Shown here: piece by piece, positions 50,501-63,589 of the stretch
Layout of the letters: every line of letters starts with the position of its first letter
Position numbering within the stretch: position 1 is the stretch's first letter
The notes under the pieces: generated by a model
Databases searched by the model: none
Told to the model about the DNA's origin: nothing
What the model saw: only the letters and a program-made list of their open reading frames with translations
DNA from: Octopus sinensis
Taxonomy: Eukaryota
Length of the DNA: 64,000 bases
NCBI RefSeq assembly: GCF_006345805.1
Contig: NC_043004.1
Span: 93,310,001-93,374,000, forward strand
Direction: 5' to 3'
Made by a program: the position numbers and the translations under genes

Positions 50501-52900
50501 CAACATAGCATGTAGGCATTAAATTGTTTTGATTTTTTAAAAAAATGGCAATAAGGCACTTTCTATTGATTGCCAATTTTTGTTTCAAAATCTCAACCTT
50601 GTGATGCCCATCTTTTGTATGATGGGTATTTATCGTCACCTGTTTGTTTCTTTAATCCTCTAGCATTTAAACCAATCATATTTAGCTAAAATATTCTTCA
50701 TGCTTTATGCTCAAACTGACCAGATCTGGCCTCTCACACCAACCCCACAATATCATTCTAAACAACAGTTTGCTCATCAAAATCTCAAAACAATGTGAAT
50801 AAATAGGCGCAGGAGTGGCTGTGTGGTAAGTAGCTTGCTAACCAACCACATGGTTCCGGGTTCAGTCCCACTGCGTGGCATCTTGGGCAAGTGTCTTCTG
50901 CTATAGCCCCGGGCCGACCAATGCCTTGTGAGTGGATTTGGTTGACGGAAACTGAAAGAAGCCTGTCGTATATATGTATATATATATATAAGTGTGTGTA
51001 TATGTTTGTGTGTCTGTGTTTGTCCCCCTAGTATTGCTTGACAACCGATGCTGGTGTGTTTACGTCCCTGTCACTTAGCGGTTCGGCAAAAGAGACCGAT
51101 AGAATATGTACTGGGCTTACAAAGAATAAGTCCTGGGGTCGATTTGCTCGACTAAAGGCGGTGCTCCAGCATGGCCGCAGTCAAATGACTGAAACAAGTA
51201 GTTTGACAGAATAATTTGAATGCTAAAGGATTTTGTAAACTTATTGTCCTTGATGCAGGGAGAGGTGAGGTTGTTCTTTTTTGATGCATTTTCATTTGAC
51301 ACAATCTCTTTGATTCTATTAAATTGTCAGTCTTTTGTCATACATATCAGTCATATGATCAATGTTTGATTTGACAATTTCTTAATGTCCTTTGGTGACA
51401 TTTGGAGATTCTGCTGATATCATAGAACCAATCTAGTTATAGTGAATTCTGTGCGAAAACCAAATTAAAATATATGTCCCTTATTTTGTTTATTTATTTT
51501 CCCATTCACTTGGACATATATGACCACACACTGGTTGAAATAGGTGTGAATTGTAACGTCTATCAATGTGGAAATTTTCATATGAAAAGCTTTATCAATT
51601 AACTAATTAACTCATGTCTGTCAGTGTATAGTTGCCCTGGAAATAGTTCTAGATTTCATTCCATTAGTATTGCAAGTAAAAGTGTGGAAAAATTCCTCAG
51701 TCATAATTACAAACATAAGTCACGACATCCTGTGTTCTCTCGTACATATATCGTGGATTTCCTATAAAAGCGGGTGAGAGAATACAAAACTGTTCTAGCT
51801 CTGGTGGTATCATTATTAATGCCATCTTGTCAATGTATATGGGATTCTAAATGTGTTTTTTGTTTCCATGCATGTAGCCCAATTTCTTTGATTCCATTGA
51901 ATTCATAGATGGTATTTTGCATACAAGGCAGCGAGCTGACAGAAACGTTAGCATGCCGGGCGAAATGCGTAGCCGTATTTTGTCTGCCGTTACATTCTGA
52001 GTTCAAATTCCGCCGAGGTTGACTTTGCTTTTCATCCTTTCGGGGTCGATTAAATAAGTACCAGTTATGTACTGGGGTCGATGTAATCGGCTTAATCCGT
52101 TTGTCTGTCCTTGTTTGTCCCCTCTGTGTTTAGCCCCTTGTGGGTAGTAAAGAAATAAGTATTTTGCACACATATCAGTAACATACTGGGATATTGTAAA
52201 ACATATGAATGATGAGTTTCATTTATGAATTTGATGTTACTTGTCACAATCCTTCAAAACAATGTTTCATTTTCTATGAGATTCTCTGACCATAATAATT
52301 GCCACTTTACTAAACTCAGGAACATCAAATCAATAAACCTGAAAATCCAAAGTTGAAGTACATTCTAAAGAATACTGCAAATTTCATGAAATAAGAATTG
52401 TTTTTATGGAGTATTTCTTATGAGTTCTAATTCTAGTGCTTGAAAAGTTTTTGTTGCAACATTGTGTTTCTTTTTGAATATCATGTAAAAATATAATGTG
52501 TGAAAACTGTGGGTCTTTATTCTGTAAAGGCTGAAGCAAAACCATTCTGTGATAAACTTGTCCTTGTATTTTAAAAGTCAGTATTAAAACCCACATTCCA
52601 TGATAAATTTTGCTCCAAATGACTTTTATCTGAAAAGCACAATTGAATACTCAAATGCTATTAAGAAAATGTTTTTGACTCTGAAATGGGGCCTAAAGAA
52701 GTCTAGCTGAATTACAGAACATGGACTTTTTCATTGAGAAATACATGCCTGATGATTACTTACTCATTTTCTAACCACACATTTGCCAACATGCTTTGCA
52801 TGTACAGTTCACAGATACAGTTATTCAGATGTATAATCATGATTAAGAATCATAATTAAATGCAGTACTTGCCATTGCATTTGTTCACACTTCTGAAAAT
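47600..52900 (-). pseudogene. Heavily decayed Helitron RepHel gene (N-terminal, Rep and Pif1-helicase parts), interrupted by SINEs
   Basis: Collinear motifs on the minus strand: HFLNSI*VFNCAFQIKSFG (~52640), TFKIQGQVYHR (~52560), FIGNPRYMYERTQD (~51750), NAPAGTDKTFLIKLLL (49653-49606), KTAYSSFKLP (~49165), IIPRGTKAD (~48925), SLQFPV (~47870), FAMSINNLQGQ (~47760), HLYVVYTRVG (~47700). Confidence 0.85.
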
Positions 52901-53229
52901 TTTTGTTTTTGAATCTTATTTTTCTATCTTTTTTAATTTTCTCATGATCTTTTTTTTTTTTATCTTTCTCCATTTTTACAATCTAATTTCTTTGACCTTT
53001 TCATTTTCTTGAGCTTCTTTTTTAATTCTATATTCCTCCGGTCCTTTCCTCTGCAGTTTTTTTTTCTCTATTTCAGACTTATACTTCTGTGGTAAGTGAT
53101 TTGAACTGTGACTGTTTGTTGAAACCAAAGCAAATACACACAGAAACTGTTAACTTTACTTAAACATAGACACAAACAAAACATGAACAAACAAAATGGA
53201 TACTGCGGCATGAGAACAAACCTGCTCAT

Positions 53230-53520
53230 GCCTTGTTCCTTATCTGGAGATTTGACAAATCATGAGGTGACACTTATCCCCCAAGCAACCATACTCCCTG
53301 GATTTAGCCCCTGCTAATTTTTTTTTTTGTTCCAAAAGTTGATCACACATTACAGGTGATAGAAAAGATTTTAAAAAATTCACTAGGAGAACTGTACTAG
53401 TCCTGATAAAGCAATTCTCTAAAGTGTTCCAAAACTTAAATTTAGACCTTAAATGTTTTCTTCCCTTTTTAAAAACAGCAGGGTGCAATTTGAGGAGATA
53501 TGGTTGCTATTTCTTGCAGG
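53230..53520 (+). pseudogene. mariner transposase C-terminal fragment
   Basis: PYSLDLAPANFFF, resembling the mariner YSPDLAP motif. Confidence 0.65.
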
Positions 53521-53934
53521 CTGAGCTAGTCAAGTCACCGGTTGAGAGGATTGATTCCTCTTTTAATATATTGTGTACATTAAAGACAATGAGCTGGTTG
53601 AATTGCTAGCACACCAAACAAAATGCTTAGTAACATTTTCTTCTGGTTTTGTGTTCTGAGTTCAAATTCCACTGAGGTTGACTTTGTCTTTCATCATTTT
53701 GGGGTCGATAAAATAAGTGCCAGTTGAACAGTGGGGTTGCTATAATCGACTTGTCCAGCAACCCAGCCTTGCAAAAATTTCAGGCCTTGTGCCTATAGTT
53801 GAAAGATCTTTTCTGTCAACCACCATCCTCACAGTTGATGCTAATCTGTATGGGGAATTCGGTTGTCATTGTGGTTTGCCCTTCAGTTCCTGCTGGCTTC
53901 ATGGAGTGTTAGTTAGTTAGTTAATTATTTGGCT

Positions 53935-54450
53935 CAAAAAGCAAGGCCATGTAGGGGGACATGGAGTTATGTACAGGGTGGTGTTCATGTAAAGAGTTCA
54001 GGCCACTTGTGGTCAAGGGAGACTTTGAATCGAACGGTCGTCGGCATCTTCACAATTTCGTCCAGCAGCTTATTCCACGGATCCGCAACCCGGACAGAGA
54101 AAGCCCCTCTCCTTCAAATGAGATGAAATCGTTGCAGATAGAGCTTTTCGGAGTGACCCTGCAGCCGACGCTCTGGAGCAGGAGTGAAGAACAGCTCTTT
54201 CGAGAGGTTACACTTTCCGCTTATGATGTGAGCAAGAATGAGATCACCACAGCGTCATCGTTTTTCTAGAGAATAAAGGTCGAGCGTCTTCAGCCTTTCT
54301 TCATAAGACAAATGCTTAACACCAAGAACCATGTGGGTAGCCAGCTTCTGGACTCTTTCAAGGTGCTGTATGTCTTTGAGGAGGCTTGAATCCCGTACTC
54401 TCCAATATGTGTATTGTTGACTGAATGTGGATTTCCTTTGTTTGCACAAC
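53935..54450 (-). mobile_element. CR1-type LINE RT C-terminal fragment
   Basis: [13 protein letters not shown]...[18 protein letters not shown]. Confidence 0.82.
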
Positions 54451-55783
54451 TAGGTAAACTAATCATAAAATATTCTCTCTAGCCAATGGGATTGTCTGGA
54501 GATGATGGGAAGAGGCCTGATAGATGGACTCACAACTTGTCCGTGGGGCTAGCAATGGCGACCCATGCCTTACTTTATGACATGATTTTAATGCTGCGTT
54601 AGAAGTGGGATTTAAAATACCTGTAACTGAATGAAATAAGTTGGTAAATTACATCTTTTAACCCTCAACTTTTCAGACGTTCTGGAATATTGGGCTGTTG
54701 ATAAATAGTTATGACTTCGTTGGTGTCCTATCTCTCTGAAATGTCTAATTAGTCTCGAGAAGACGCCTGGCTGTTTCTGCCTCGCACTCACCTACAATTC
54801 TGTTGTATTTTGGAGTGTCACAAAAATATGAAAAACAACACTAGTTTTCCCTAACAATATTAGTAATTAAGAGATTGTGCATATTTATTATTTTTTTTCT
54901 TTTAATTCTTACCTTTTATTTTTGTAAATAAATAATTTTCATGGAAATATTGCAAAAGTTATGTCCCTTCCTTTTCCTTGTTCAAATAGCGTTTCGTTTA
55001 GATTTTTGTAAATACTAAGTAAATTCTAGTCAGGTATACTCTTTTACTTGTTTCAGTCATTTGACTGCGGCCATGCTGGAGCATGCCTTTAGTCGAGCAA
55101 ATCGACCCCGGGACTTATTCTTTGTAAACCCAGTGCTTATTCTATCGGTTTTTTTTTGCCGAACCGCTAAGTGACGGGGACGTAAAAACACCAGCATCGG
55201 TTGTCAAACAATGCTAGGGGGACAGACACAAACACACACATATACATATATATATATATATATATATGCTAGCATGGAAAACGGACGCTAAACGATGATG
55301 ATGATGATGATGATGATATACATATATACGACAGGCTTCTTTCAGTTTCCGTCTACCAAATCCACTCACAAGGCATTGGTCGGCCCGGGGCTATAGCAGA
55401 AGACACTTGCCCAAGATGCCACGCAGTGGGACTGAACCCGGAACCATGTGGTTGGTTAGCAAGCTACTTACCACACAGCCACTCCTGGTATCTTCTTCCA
55501 TAATCTATGACTTTATGCGAAAGTTAGAAATAATAGAACGACATTGTTTTAGATGCTCACTAGATCTTTACCGTTAAAGGATTTGTAGAGCATATGTATA
55601 CAGATGTCCTTCATAAAATTTCTGGGCTATATCAAAATTGTTAAATTTTAGTTCTATGTATCTTAAAATTAACTTGTAAAAAAGATAAGGGAAAGAATTT
55701 ATTTATTACATTTATTAAACAAATTTATTCTTGAGAATGTTAATTTTTCAACATGTTCACTGTCATTACGTATAAAAAAAACT

Positions 55784-56196
55784 GGATCTTTTCGGTTTGA
55801 ACGGCAGTTTTTTCTAGCGATGTCATATGAAATTGTCACCCATAATTATGACCCTAGTATCGATCTATTGCATTTCAATCTGTTTTAGGATTAGGGGTGT
55901 GGGGAAGGGTATCTCTTTTTCTTCACATGTAAATAAACCCAATCTATTTCTTAAGCGAGGGACATATTCAGACGGCACAGAATGTTTTTTTTTTACCTGA
56001 ATGGACGTCATTGATTGGTTGAAATTGCAGAAATTGAAGAAAAAAACAACAAATATCTTACAAACTATAGAATTTTCTCAATAAAGCCAAGAGAAAAAGA
56101 TGTTTTATAAACACATTCTACCCAGTATACGAAGTTTAGAATTTTTTAGTTACCCAGAAATTATGTTAAAAACTGCCGTTCAAACCGAAAAGATCC
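55784..56196. mobile_element. hAT-type MITE, same family, opposite orientation
   Basis: Same TIR; TSD AAAAAACT / CAAAAACT (7 of 8 bases match). Confidence 0.87.
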
Positions 56197-57469
56197 CAAA
56201 AACTTGATGCTATTATGAAGTCCTAATATTCAGCTGTATTCTGAATCACACTAGTTATTCTATTTCGCAAGTCATCGAGGTTTCTTGGAATTATATGTCT
56301 CCATAAAAAAAAAGTCGACATATTTATAAAAAAGCTTCTACAAATAAATAAACAATTATAAATTACTAATAGATATACATCAAATTTCTAAATGTTGTTT
56401 TCAAATTAATTTGATAAAGATAGAATTATGGTTATACAATTTAAAATTACGCAAAATCTCCATGATTGAAATTGTATTAAAATACAATTTTGTGATTTAT
56501 GACAAATATATATAAAATTATTTAAACATCGTAGAAAAAAAATTTAAGAGTTACCTCCCTTGAGTTCATAGCTGGGGTTATTTCCCTTGAAAAATGAAGC
56601 GTGTCAGAATTTTGATAGATATTTGTTTTACATGCATACTCTTTTTACTTGTTTCAGTCATTTGACTGCGGCCATGCTGCAGCACCGCCTTTAGTCGAAC
56701 AAGCCGACCCCGGGACTTATTCTTTGTAAGCCCAGTACTTATTCTATCGGTCTCTTTTGCCGAACCGCTAAGTGACGTAAACACACCAGCATCGGTTGTC
56801 AAGCAATGCTGGGGAGACAAACACACAAACACATACACACACATATATATATACATATATACGACAGGCTTCTTTCAGTTTCCGTCTACCAAATCCACTC
56901 ACAAGGCATTGGTCGGCCCGGGGCTATAGCAGAAGACACTTGCCCAAGATGCCACGCAGTGGGACTGAACCCGGAACCATGTGGTTGGTTAGCAAGCTAC
57001 TTACCACACAACCACTCCTGTACCTACGTGATGTGATCAATAAGTATCCGAATTATTGCTATAGTAACGAAGCTAAAGCATGCAGAATCAAGCCGCTTGG
57101 CACAGATTGACCTTGAATTCTGTTGTGCTTGGGTACTAAGTTCTAACGCAGTAGCTCATATTCGCTGTTTACACCAATGCTTGAAAGTAAAGTGTGTAGC
57201 GTGTTCGTCGCATTGACAAACACGCTACACAAGAAAGGAAGTTGAACAGAGAATCTGCGCCAAATCTTGCCAAAAGCTTGGCGATATCTGCTCAGAGGCC
57301 TACGCAAAGTTTTCAAAGAGTTTTCATCGTTCTCGGCACAAGATTTTGTGCAACTGAAACCCGAGTGTCATTTGGCTAACTGAAAGCAATTTTGGCACAA
57401 ACTTGGCAGACACGCATCTCATACCCAACTCTTCAGTGATAATGAACTGAACCGTAACTATTCTGCACA

Positions 57470-57690
57470 TCCTCTGATAACTCACGGATGGTGATTCGAC
57501 GATTTCCCCTCACATTTGTCATGTTTTTCTCAGTTATGCCATTGTAGGTCTCCCAGAACGTTCGTCAATATCGACATTTTTTCGACCATCTTGGATATGT
57601 TTGAACCTCTCGTACACTTGTTTGCGGCTCATGCACTCCTCTCCATACACTTTCTGCAACTTTGCGTAGGCCTCTGAGAAGGTATCACTA
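57470..57690 (-). pseudogene. mariner transposase N-terminal HTH fragment
   Basis: AYAKLQKVYGEECMSRKQVYERFKHIQDGRKNVDIDERSGRP. Confidence 0.78.
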
Positions 57691-58356
57691 TGACAACTTT
57701 CTCAGCGAACAGGTCGCGGTTTCAAGGCGACGGAACTATTTTGACACAAATTAAATTCAAACGTTGAAGTGAATCTAACGGTTTTGTGTGTTTTTTAAAT
57801 GGCTTATAAACACCTTCCCCACTGCAATTGTTTTTGTTTCTGCACACGATCTCAGATCAAGCCACTTGCTATGCAAGTACATCTCGTTAATATATATATA
57901 TACATATGTGTTTTTTTGTGCTTTCTTGTTTGGATTAACTATATATATATATATATATATGAGTTAATCCAAACAAGAAAGCACAAAAAAACACAACAAC
58001 GCGAGGACGTGGAACAAATATAGTATTATTGGATGCTCTCATCGGAAACATAGGAGAAGGAAAGATCCAGAGAAGGGAACACGTATATACACATACATAC
58101 ATACATACATATATATGTATATGCATAGATATATGTATATGCAGAGATATATATACATATACATACATACGTACGTACGTACGTATGTATGTATGTATGT
58201 ATGTATGTATGTATGTGAAAGTGAAAAGAGTTTGAAGCTCGGTGAGAATTAGGAAAGTAAATGTGTCTTTGACCTTACGGAAAAAGTGAAGCGGAAGAAA
58301 AGAGTATGGGAGTGACAGAAAAAATATGCGTTGGTCTGTGTCAGGCTCTTTCTAAA

Positions 58357-58435
58357 ATGGCGGAATTTGTATGTCCTAAATCGACATCGAAGGAATGTGG
58401 TTACATATATACAAAAGCAACAGAGGGAAAGGAGG
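58357..58435 (+). CDS. Candidate first coding exon of a downstream gene (MAEFVCPKSTSKECGYIYTKATEGKEG)
   Basis: aaaATGG Kozak overlapping a YY1-like AAAATGGCG; ETS-like GCGGAAG upstream; CpG-richer non-repeat context; G|GTATGC donor. No homologue recognised. Confidence 0.3.
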
Positions 58436-58803
58436 GTATGCTTACTATAAACTGGTAGTGACACGTACTGTAACACTTCGTCCTAAAAATGAGCCACTGA
58501 AAGTCAAGAAACGTCGACGGAAACACGTACATTAACACGAGAAAGAAACTTCAAACATGTACAACTAGAAAAGAATCGTGTTTTCAATACAAAACACGCG
58601 CGCACACATACACACGCTTACACACACATACACAAAGTTATATTGCGCGGGTTCATATACATATGCATATACGCGGTCTTTCCTGTCCTAGGCGAAGGTG
58701 AGGATTACGCAAATACTTGCTGAGCAATCTAGTACAGATGATTTACTTACCGTGTTTTTTGATCAAAATGTTCGTACAGTACATTAGGACAATCCTTCCA
58801 TAA

Positions 58804-58844
<41 letters not shown>

Positions 58845-59357
58845 ATATATATATATATATATAGTGGAGGCGCGAATGGCCCAGTGGTTAGGGCAGCAGA
58901 CTTGTGGTCGTAGGATCGCGGTTGTGAGTGTTTATTGAGCGAAAACACCTAAAAGCTCCACGAGGCTCCGCAGGGGTGGGTGGCGATCCCTGCTGTACTC
59001 TTTCGCCACAACTTTCTTTCAGTCTTTCTTCTGTTGGCCTGCTCGCTTAGCCAGCGGGGTGGCGTCATTTGAAGGCTAAAACAATGCGAAGCGCATTGTG
59101 ACCAGCGATGTGTAACAACATCTGATGGCCTGGTCGGTCACGGTGATCACGGTGATATATATATATATATATATATAATAAATTCAGGGTGAATACTTGA
59201 TAAATGTAAGCACCTGTATATGCTAGCTAGTAGCATAGTTGAGAGGAATATGTATCAATTAAATAAAATGAAAAACAGGATGTCGATTTTAAAGCTCGAA
59301 ACATGTGTACCGCGACATCCTTTGTGTCCTGTTTTTCATTTTATTTCATTTGATACA

Positions 59358-59479
<122 letters not shown>

Positions 59480-60175
59480 ATATATAGATATATATAATAC
59501 ATGTATATATATAGATATATATATATATATACGGTTACAGGACGTCACCAACTGTGCAAACAACATGAAATATGTAAAAACAGGACAAGTAAACGCAGAG
59601 AAAGGACCTTTCATCAGTTGTCGGCTGTCTATATACTCCTCATTTTGACCACACTACAACAACATGAGTCTTCAAAGACATTTGCTCCCATAAATTCTAA
59701 AATGAAATTTAGGATTTATGGAGAGTCAAAGTTGGGAACAAAAACAAGACTTCTGAGTATTGAATCAGTAATAGTTTCTAAATAATGGTGATCGAGGCTC
59801 GTTCGCATTGGTCAGTTCGGATCATATATTAGAGTCATTAGGTTGCGACCACGCTGGGGCAATGCCTTAAACAATATTTGGTAAAATGAATCAACCCCAA
59901 AACTTAAACTTTTTCTTAAGCCTAGTATTTATTCTATCGGTTTTTGCCGATCCACTGAGTTACAGGGACTTAAACACATCAACACCGGTTGTCAAGCGGT
60001 GGTGGGAGACAAACACAGAAACACATACACACACACACTCAGACAAGCATATGACGGGCTTCTTTCAGTTTCCGTCAACAAAATCTACTCACAGGCTTTA
60101 CAATGTGACCACGTGTGTACCGTTGGCGATTTTTTCCCCTCTCTCTTCCCTTCTTTGGATCTTTCCTTCTCCTAT

Positions 60176-60210
60176 GTTTCCGACGAAGAGCTCCGCTCGA
60201 AACGTTAAAC
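60176..60210 (+). ncRNA. Minimal hammerhead-like motif (U4C variant) in a second Penelope-like repeat (about 60100-60310)
   Basis: GUUU-CCGACGAA-GAGC(UCC)GCUC-GAAA-CG-UU-AAAC. Confidence 0.45.
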
Positions 60211-60349
60211 CCTCCTTCTTTTCTTCTTTCCTGAGCGTCCAATAATACTATATTTGTTCCACGTCCTCGCGTTGTTGTATTTTTTTGTCCTTTCTTGTTT
60301 GGATTAGCTTTATATATATATACACGTGTGTGTGTATATTTTAATATTT

Positions 60350-60449
60350 NNNNNNNNNNNNNNNNNNNNNNNNNNNNNNNNNNNNNNNNNNNNNNNNNNN
60401 NNNNNNNNNNNNNNNNNNNNNNNNNNNNNNNNNNNNNNNNNNNNNNNNN
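60350..60449. other. Assembly gap (100 N)
   Basis: Run of N. Confidence 1.
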
Positions 60450-60859
60450 GCTTGTACAAAGAACTGCTTGTTTCCATGTTAATTTCGAATTGTCAGTTAT
60501 AAAACTTTATCATGTTTGTCGAAATATTTTACGTTATATATGTACGCAGTGTAACGGGATATAACTTAGGTCATAAGGTCATTCGCTAAATATGCGGAAG
60601 ACGGAATTTATTCAGCCGGAACTAAAATTTCGGGAATTCAACCAATAAAAACTAGTCGTCAGACTGAAGTTATAAACATTATCAGTTTTGTTTCTCTGAA
60701 ATAATTTATGATTCCTTCTCATAACCAATTCCGAGAAATCGTAAATATATTACAGGCGCAGGCAAAGTTGTGTGATTAATAAATTTGCTTCGCAGGCGTG
60801 TGACTTCTGACTCAACCTAAAACACGATACCTTGAGCATGTGTTTTCAGTTGTAGTGTC

Positions 60860-61415
60860 TGATTTACGGATGTTCTATGACTGGTATTTGATTGATGAAA
60901 ACTGTACGGCAGCCTGTCTTGCGTTGATGTGTGTGTCTTTGTATTGTTCCCCTCTTCCTTCGCCCTAGTGGCAAATAAAAGAAATCCTTATTAGTATTTG
61001 GCCAAGGCCTCATCAACTTTTTCAAGTTCCACTTGAAAAGGAAGATTAGAGTAGAGAGGAAAGTGCTGTCTCGTGGCAAATTTATTGAAAGGTGGGTGAA
61101 TGTCGGAAGAATGGCCAGTATGAACAGACCAATTCTGAGGATACACCTGTAAAAAAAGGTAATATAAAAGGAGAAAGGGGCTCTCAACCTCCCCTTTTGA
61201 CCAGGCTCCCGTGGCTTTTATGGGTTTTTCCACGAGTAACCTTTCGAAGCGCCTCCCTCTATTGGGAGTTTTTACTTGTTATATTTTCGTTGTTATCTGC
61301 CTTTTTACACGGACTTTTCAAAAGGACAAAACCCTTTTTGTAACTTTCGTCCTTTATTTTGTCCTTACATGTTTTATTTGATTTTTGTTAGCCCTTGTGG
61401 CCAATAAACGAATTA
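60860..61415 (+). mobile_element. Tx1/L1-like LINE 3' end with an ATT tail
   Basis: LINFFKFHLKRKIRVERK...FIERW, followed by AATAAA and (ATT)n. Confidence 0.65.
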
Positions 61416-61457
<42 letters not shown>

Positions 61458-62019
61458 GAGTGAGAGAGCAGTGCATGCCATCAAAGTGACACTGGGGTAA
61501 AATATACGAAGCCCAGTATACCCATCATGACCACCCGTCTGATAAGGGTACACCAGGCACATGCATCACGACCATATGTGCGCGACATGGTGATCTCATG
61601 TCAAGATAAACAGCACATGACCTTGCAGGTGGGGCCCAGTTAGAATTTTCTTCTAGTCGAGTAACCCATCCCGCTCAAAAAGTCCCTGAAGAAGGGTTGT
61701 TTAAGGATGTTGAACGAAACACGTTTTTCCAGAGGTGAATTATTAAACCCCAAAGAATCCCTCTCAACACATGGCTATGATGCTCCCCCACTACCTCTGC
61801 TCGTGATCAGACATGCACATATCGTCAGCCACTAAGGGACATGGTCAACTGGTTAAGGTCAAACAACTGACTGGCAAATCTGTGGTATTGAGCAGAATAT
61901 TTGCTGTAGCCCATCTTTTATACCAAGACAAAACAATGTACATGATAACACTTCCAATCAGTTAAGATCAGAAGCCATGAGAGCCACTGTCTGGTACTGC
62001 ATCAGGGCATTTATTATTA

Positions 62020-62072
<53 letters not shown>

Positions 62073-63159
62073 GCTTGGCTTTTGCTTTGTATTTGTACAA
62101 GTTGACTCCAAGTCTCACCCAGAGACCTCAAGAAACAGCAAGTTAGAAGTTCAAGTTGGTATTATGACTAGGGTGCCAGTTTTTCACTCGTACTTTATTT
62201 ATTGAGCCCGTTTGCATGAACGGCAAAGTTAACTTCAGTGAAGTTTGAAATCAGAACGTAAAATGACTAAATGTATTTTGTCCGATACAAGCCGACTATG
62301 ACTTCAAAGCTTTGGATTACTTACCATTCTCAGACAGAATCTAAGTTTGGTTTTTCAATCGTTATACGGATTTGTTAGTCAGAAAGGATGTTCGTTGGTG
62401 GCTGGAATTATGGATATGAAAATTAGATATGGTGTAAGTTTGTAGGGAATTATGAGAAGAGAAGAGAATGACAAGAAGAAAGCATACGTTTAAAGAGTCT
62501 GGATGGAGCGAAAAAGGTGATAGAGACAATATTTTATGTCTGACAAAAAAGTTTGTAGCTGCTAGTTTATTAAATATGAAGAATTGTTATTTGCTTATAA
62601 GTTGCTGTTTTTGGTTCAGTCAAAGGTGTATGTAAAGTTAGGTGTTAACAGTTGTATTTGTATAGGAATTCATGTGGCAGGTCTGTGGCTTTCAGGTCAC
62701 AGTTTGTGTTGGTTGAAACTTTTCTTACGTCTAATCAGAATTTTACATATAAAATAAACAGATAAATTTGTTAGTATAAGAGGTTAGAGGTTGGTAATAC
62801 GCTGTAATAGTGCTCATATAAAAAAAATGAATATAAATATAGCTGTGAGAGGTTAAATATGTATTAAAATATAGGTCACGAATAGTTAAAAGCTGAAGGT
62901 TTATCTTTCATTGAATTTCCTTCTGGGTTTGTAAAAGGATTTGGGTTAAAATAAATGTTGTTAATATAAAATATCAACTGAAATATACTTCTGTGTTTCT
63001 GACAAACATTTAGGCTTATGTATACATATACACATATACAAAACTGCATATTCATACTTGCACCACGACATAAATACTGCGTAACTTCCACACTTTCATA
63101 GAGATATGTATGTATATATATTTTTTATGTTCTTATGTATGTATACATATCTATATATG

Positions 63160-63191
<32 letters not shown>

Positions 63192-63318
63192 TGTATGTAT
63201 GTATGTATGTATGTATGTATGTATGTATGTATGTAGTATGAATGTATATATATATTATATACGCCATGATAGATCGTTAGCCACTACACATTTTTCTCTC
63301 CTTGTTTTTTCTGTGTCC

Positions 63319-63354
63319 CTTTCTGTAGAAGAGCGTAGGCTCGAAACGTAAAAG
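63319..63354 (+). ncRNA. Minimal hammerhead-like motif (core variant), same repeat family as 8018 (about 63265-63445)
   Basis: CUUU-CUGUAGAA-GAGC(GUAG)GCUC-GAAA-CG-UA-AAAG. Confidence 0.45.
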
Positions 63355-63447
63355 ATTTTTTTCTATTCCTGAGCGTTATACTAATACATCTGTTTGTTTT
63401 GTACACCACCTGTCTTCGTCTTTTGTTTTTTTCGTAAACTCTCCCTA

Positions 63448-63498
<51 letters not shown>

Positions 63499-63589
63499 CG
63501 TTTACTAGTTCCACCTCGAGGGGTACGGCCATGCTGGGATGCCGACATTAGCTTAGCTACACTTTTGCTATTTGATACCTTCTCTGATG

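Noticed and set aside
54786-54850. Minus-strand donor TGTAG|GTGAGT as the first exon of an antisense gene
   Set aside because: It is a single motif with no identifiable acceptor partner or coding exons, so support is insufficient.
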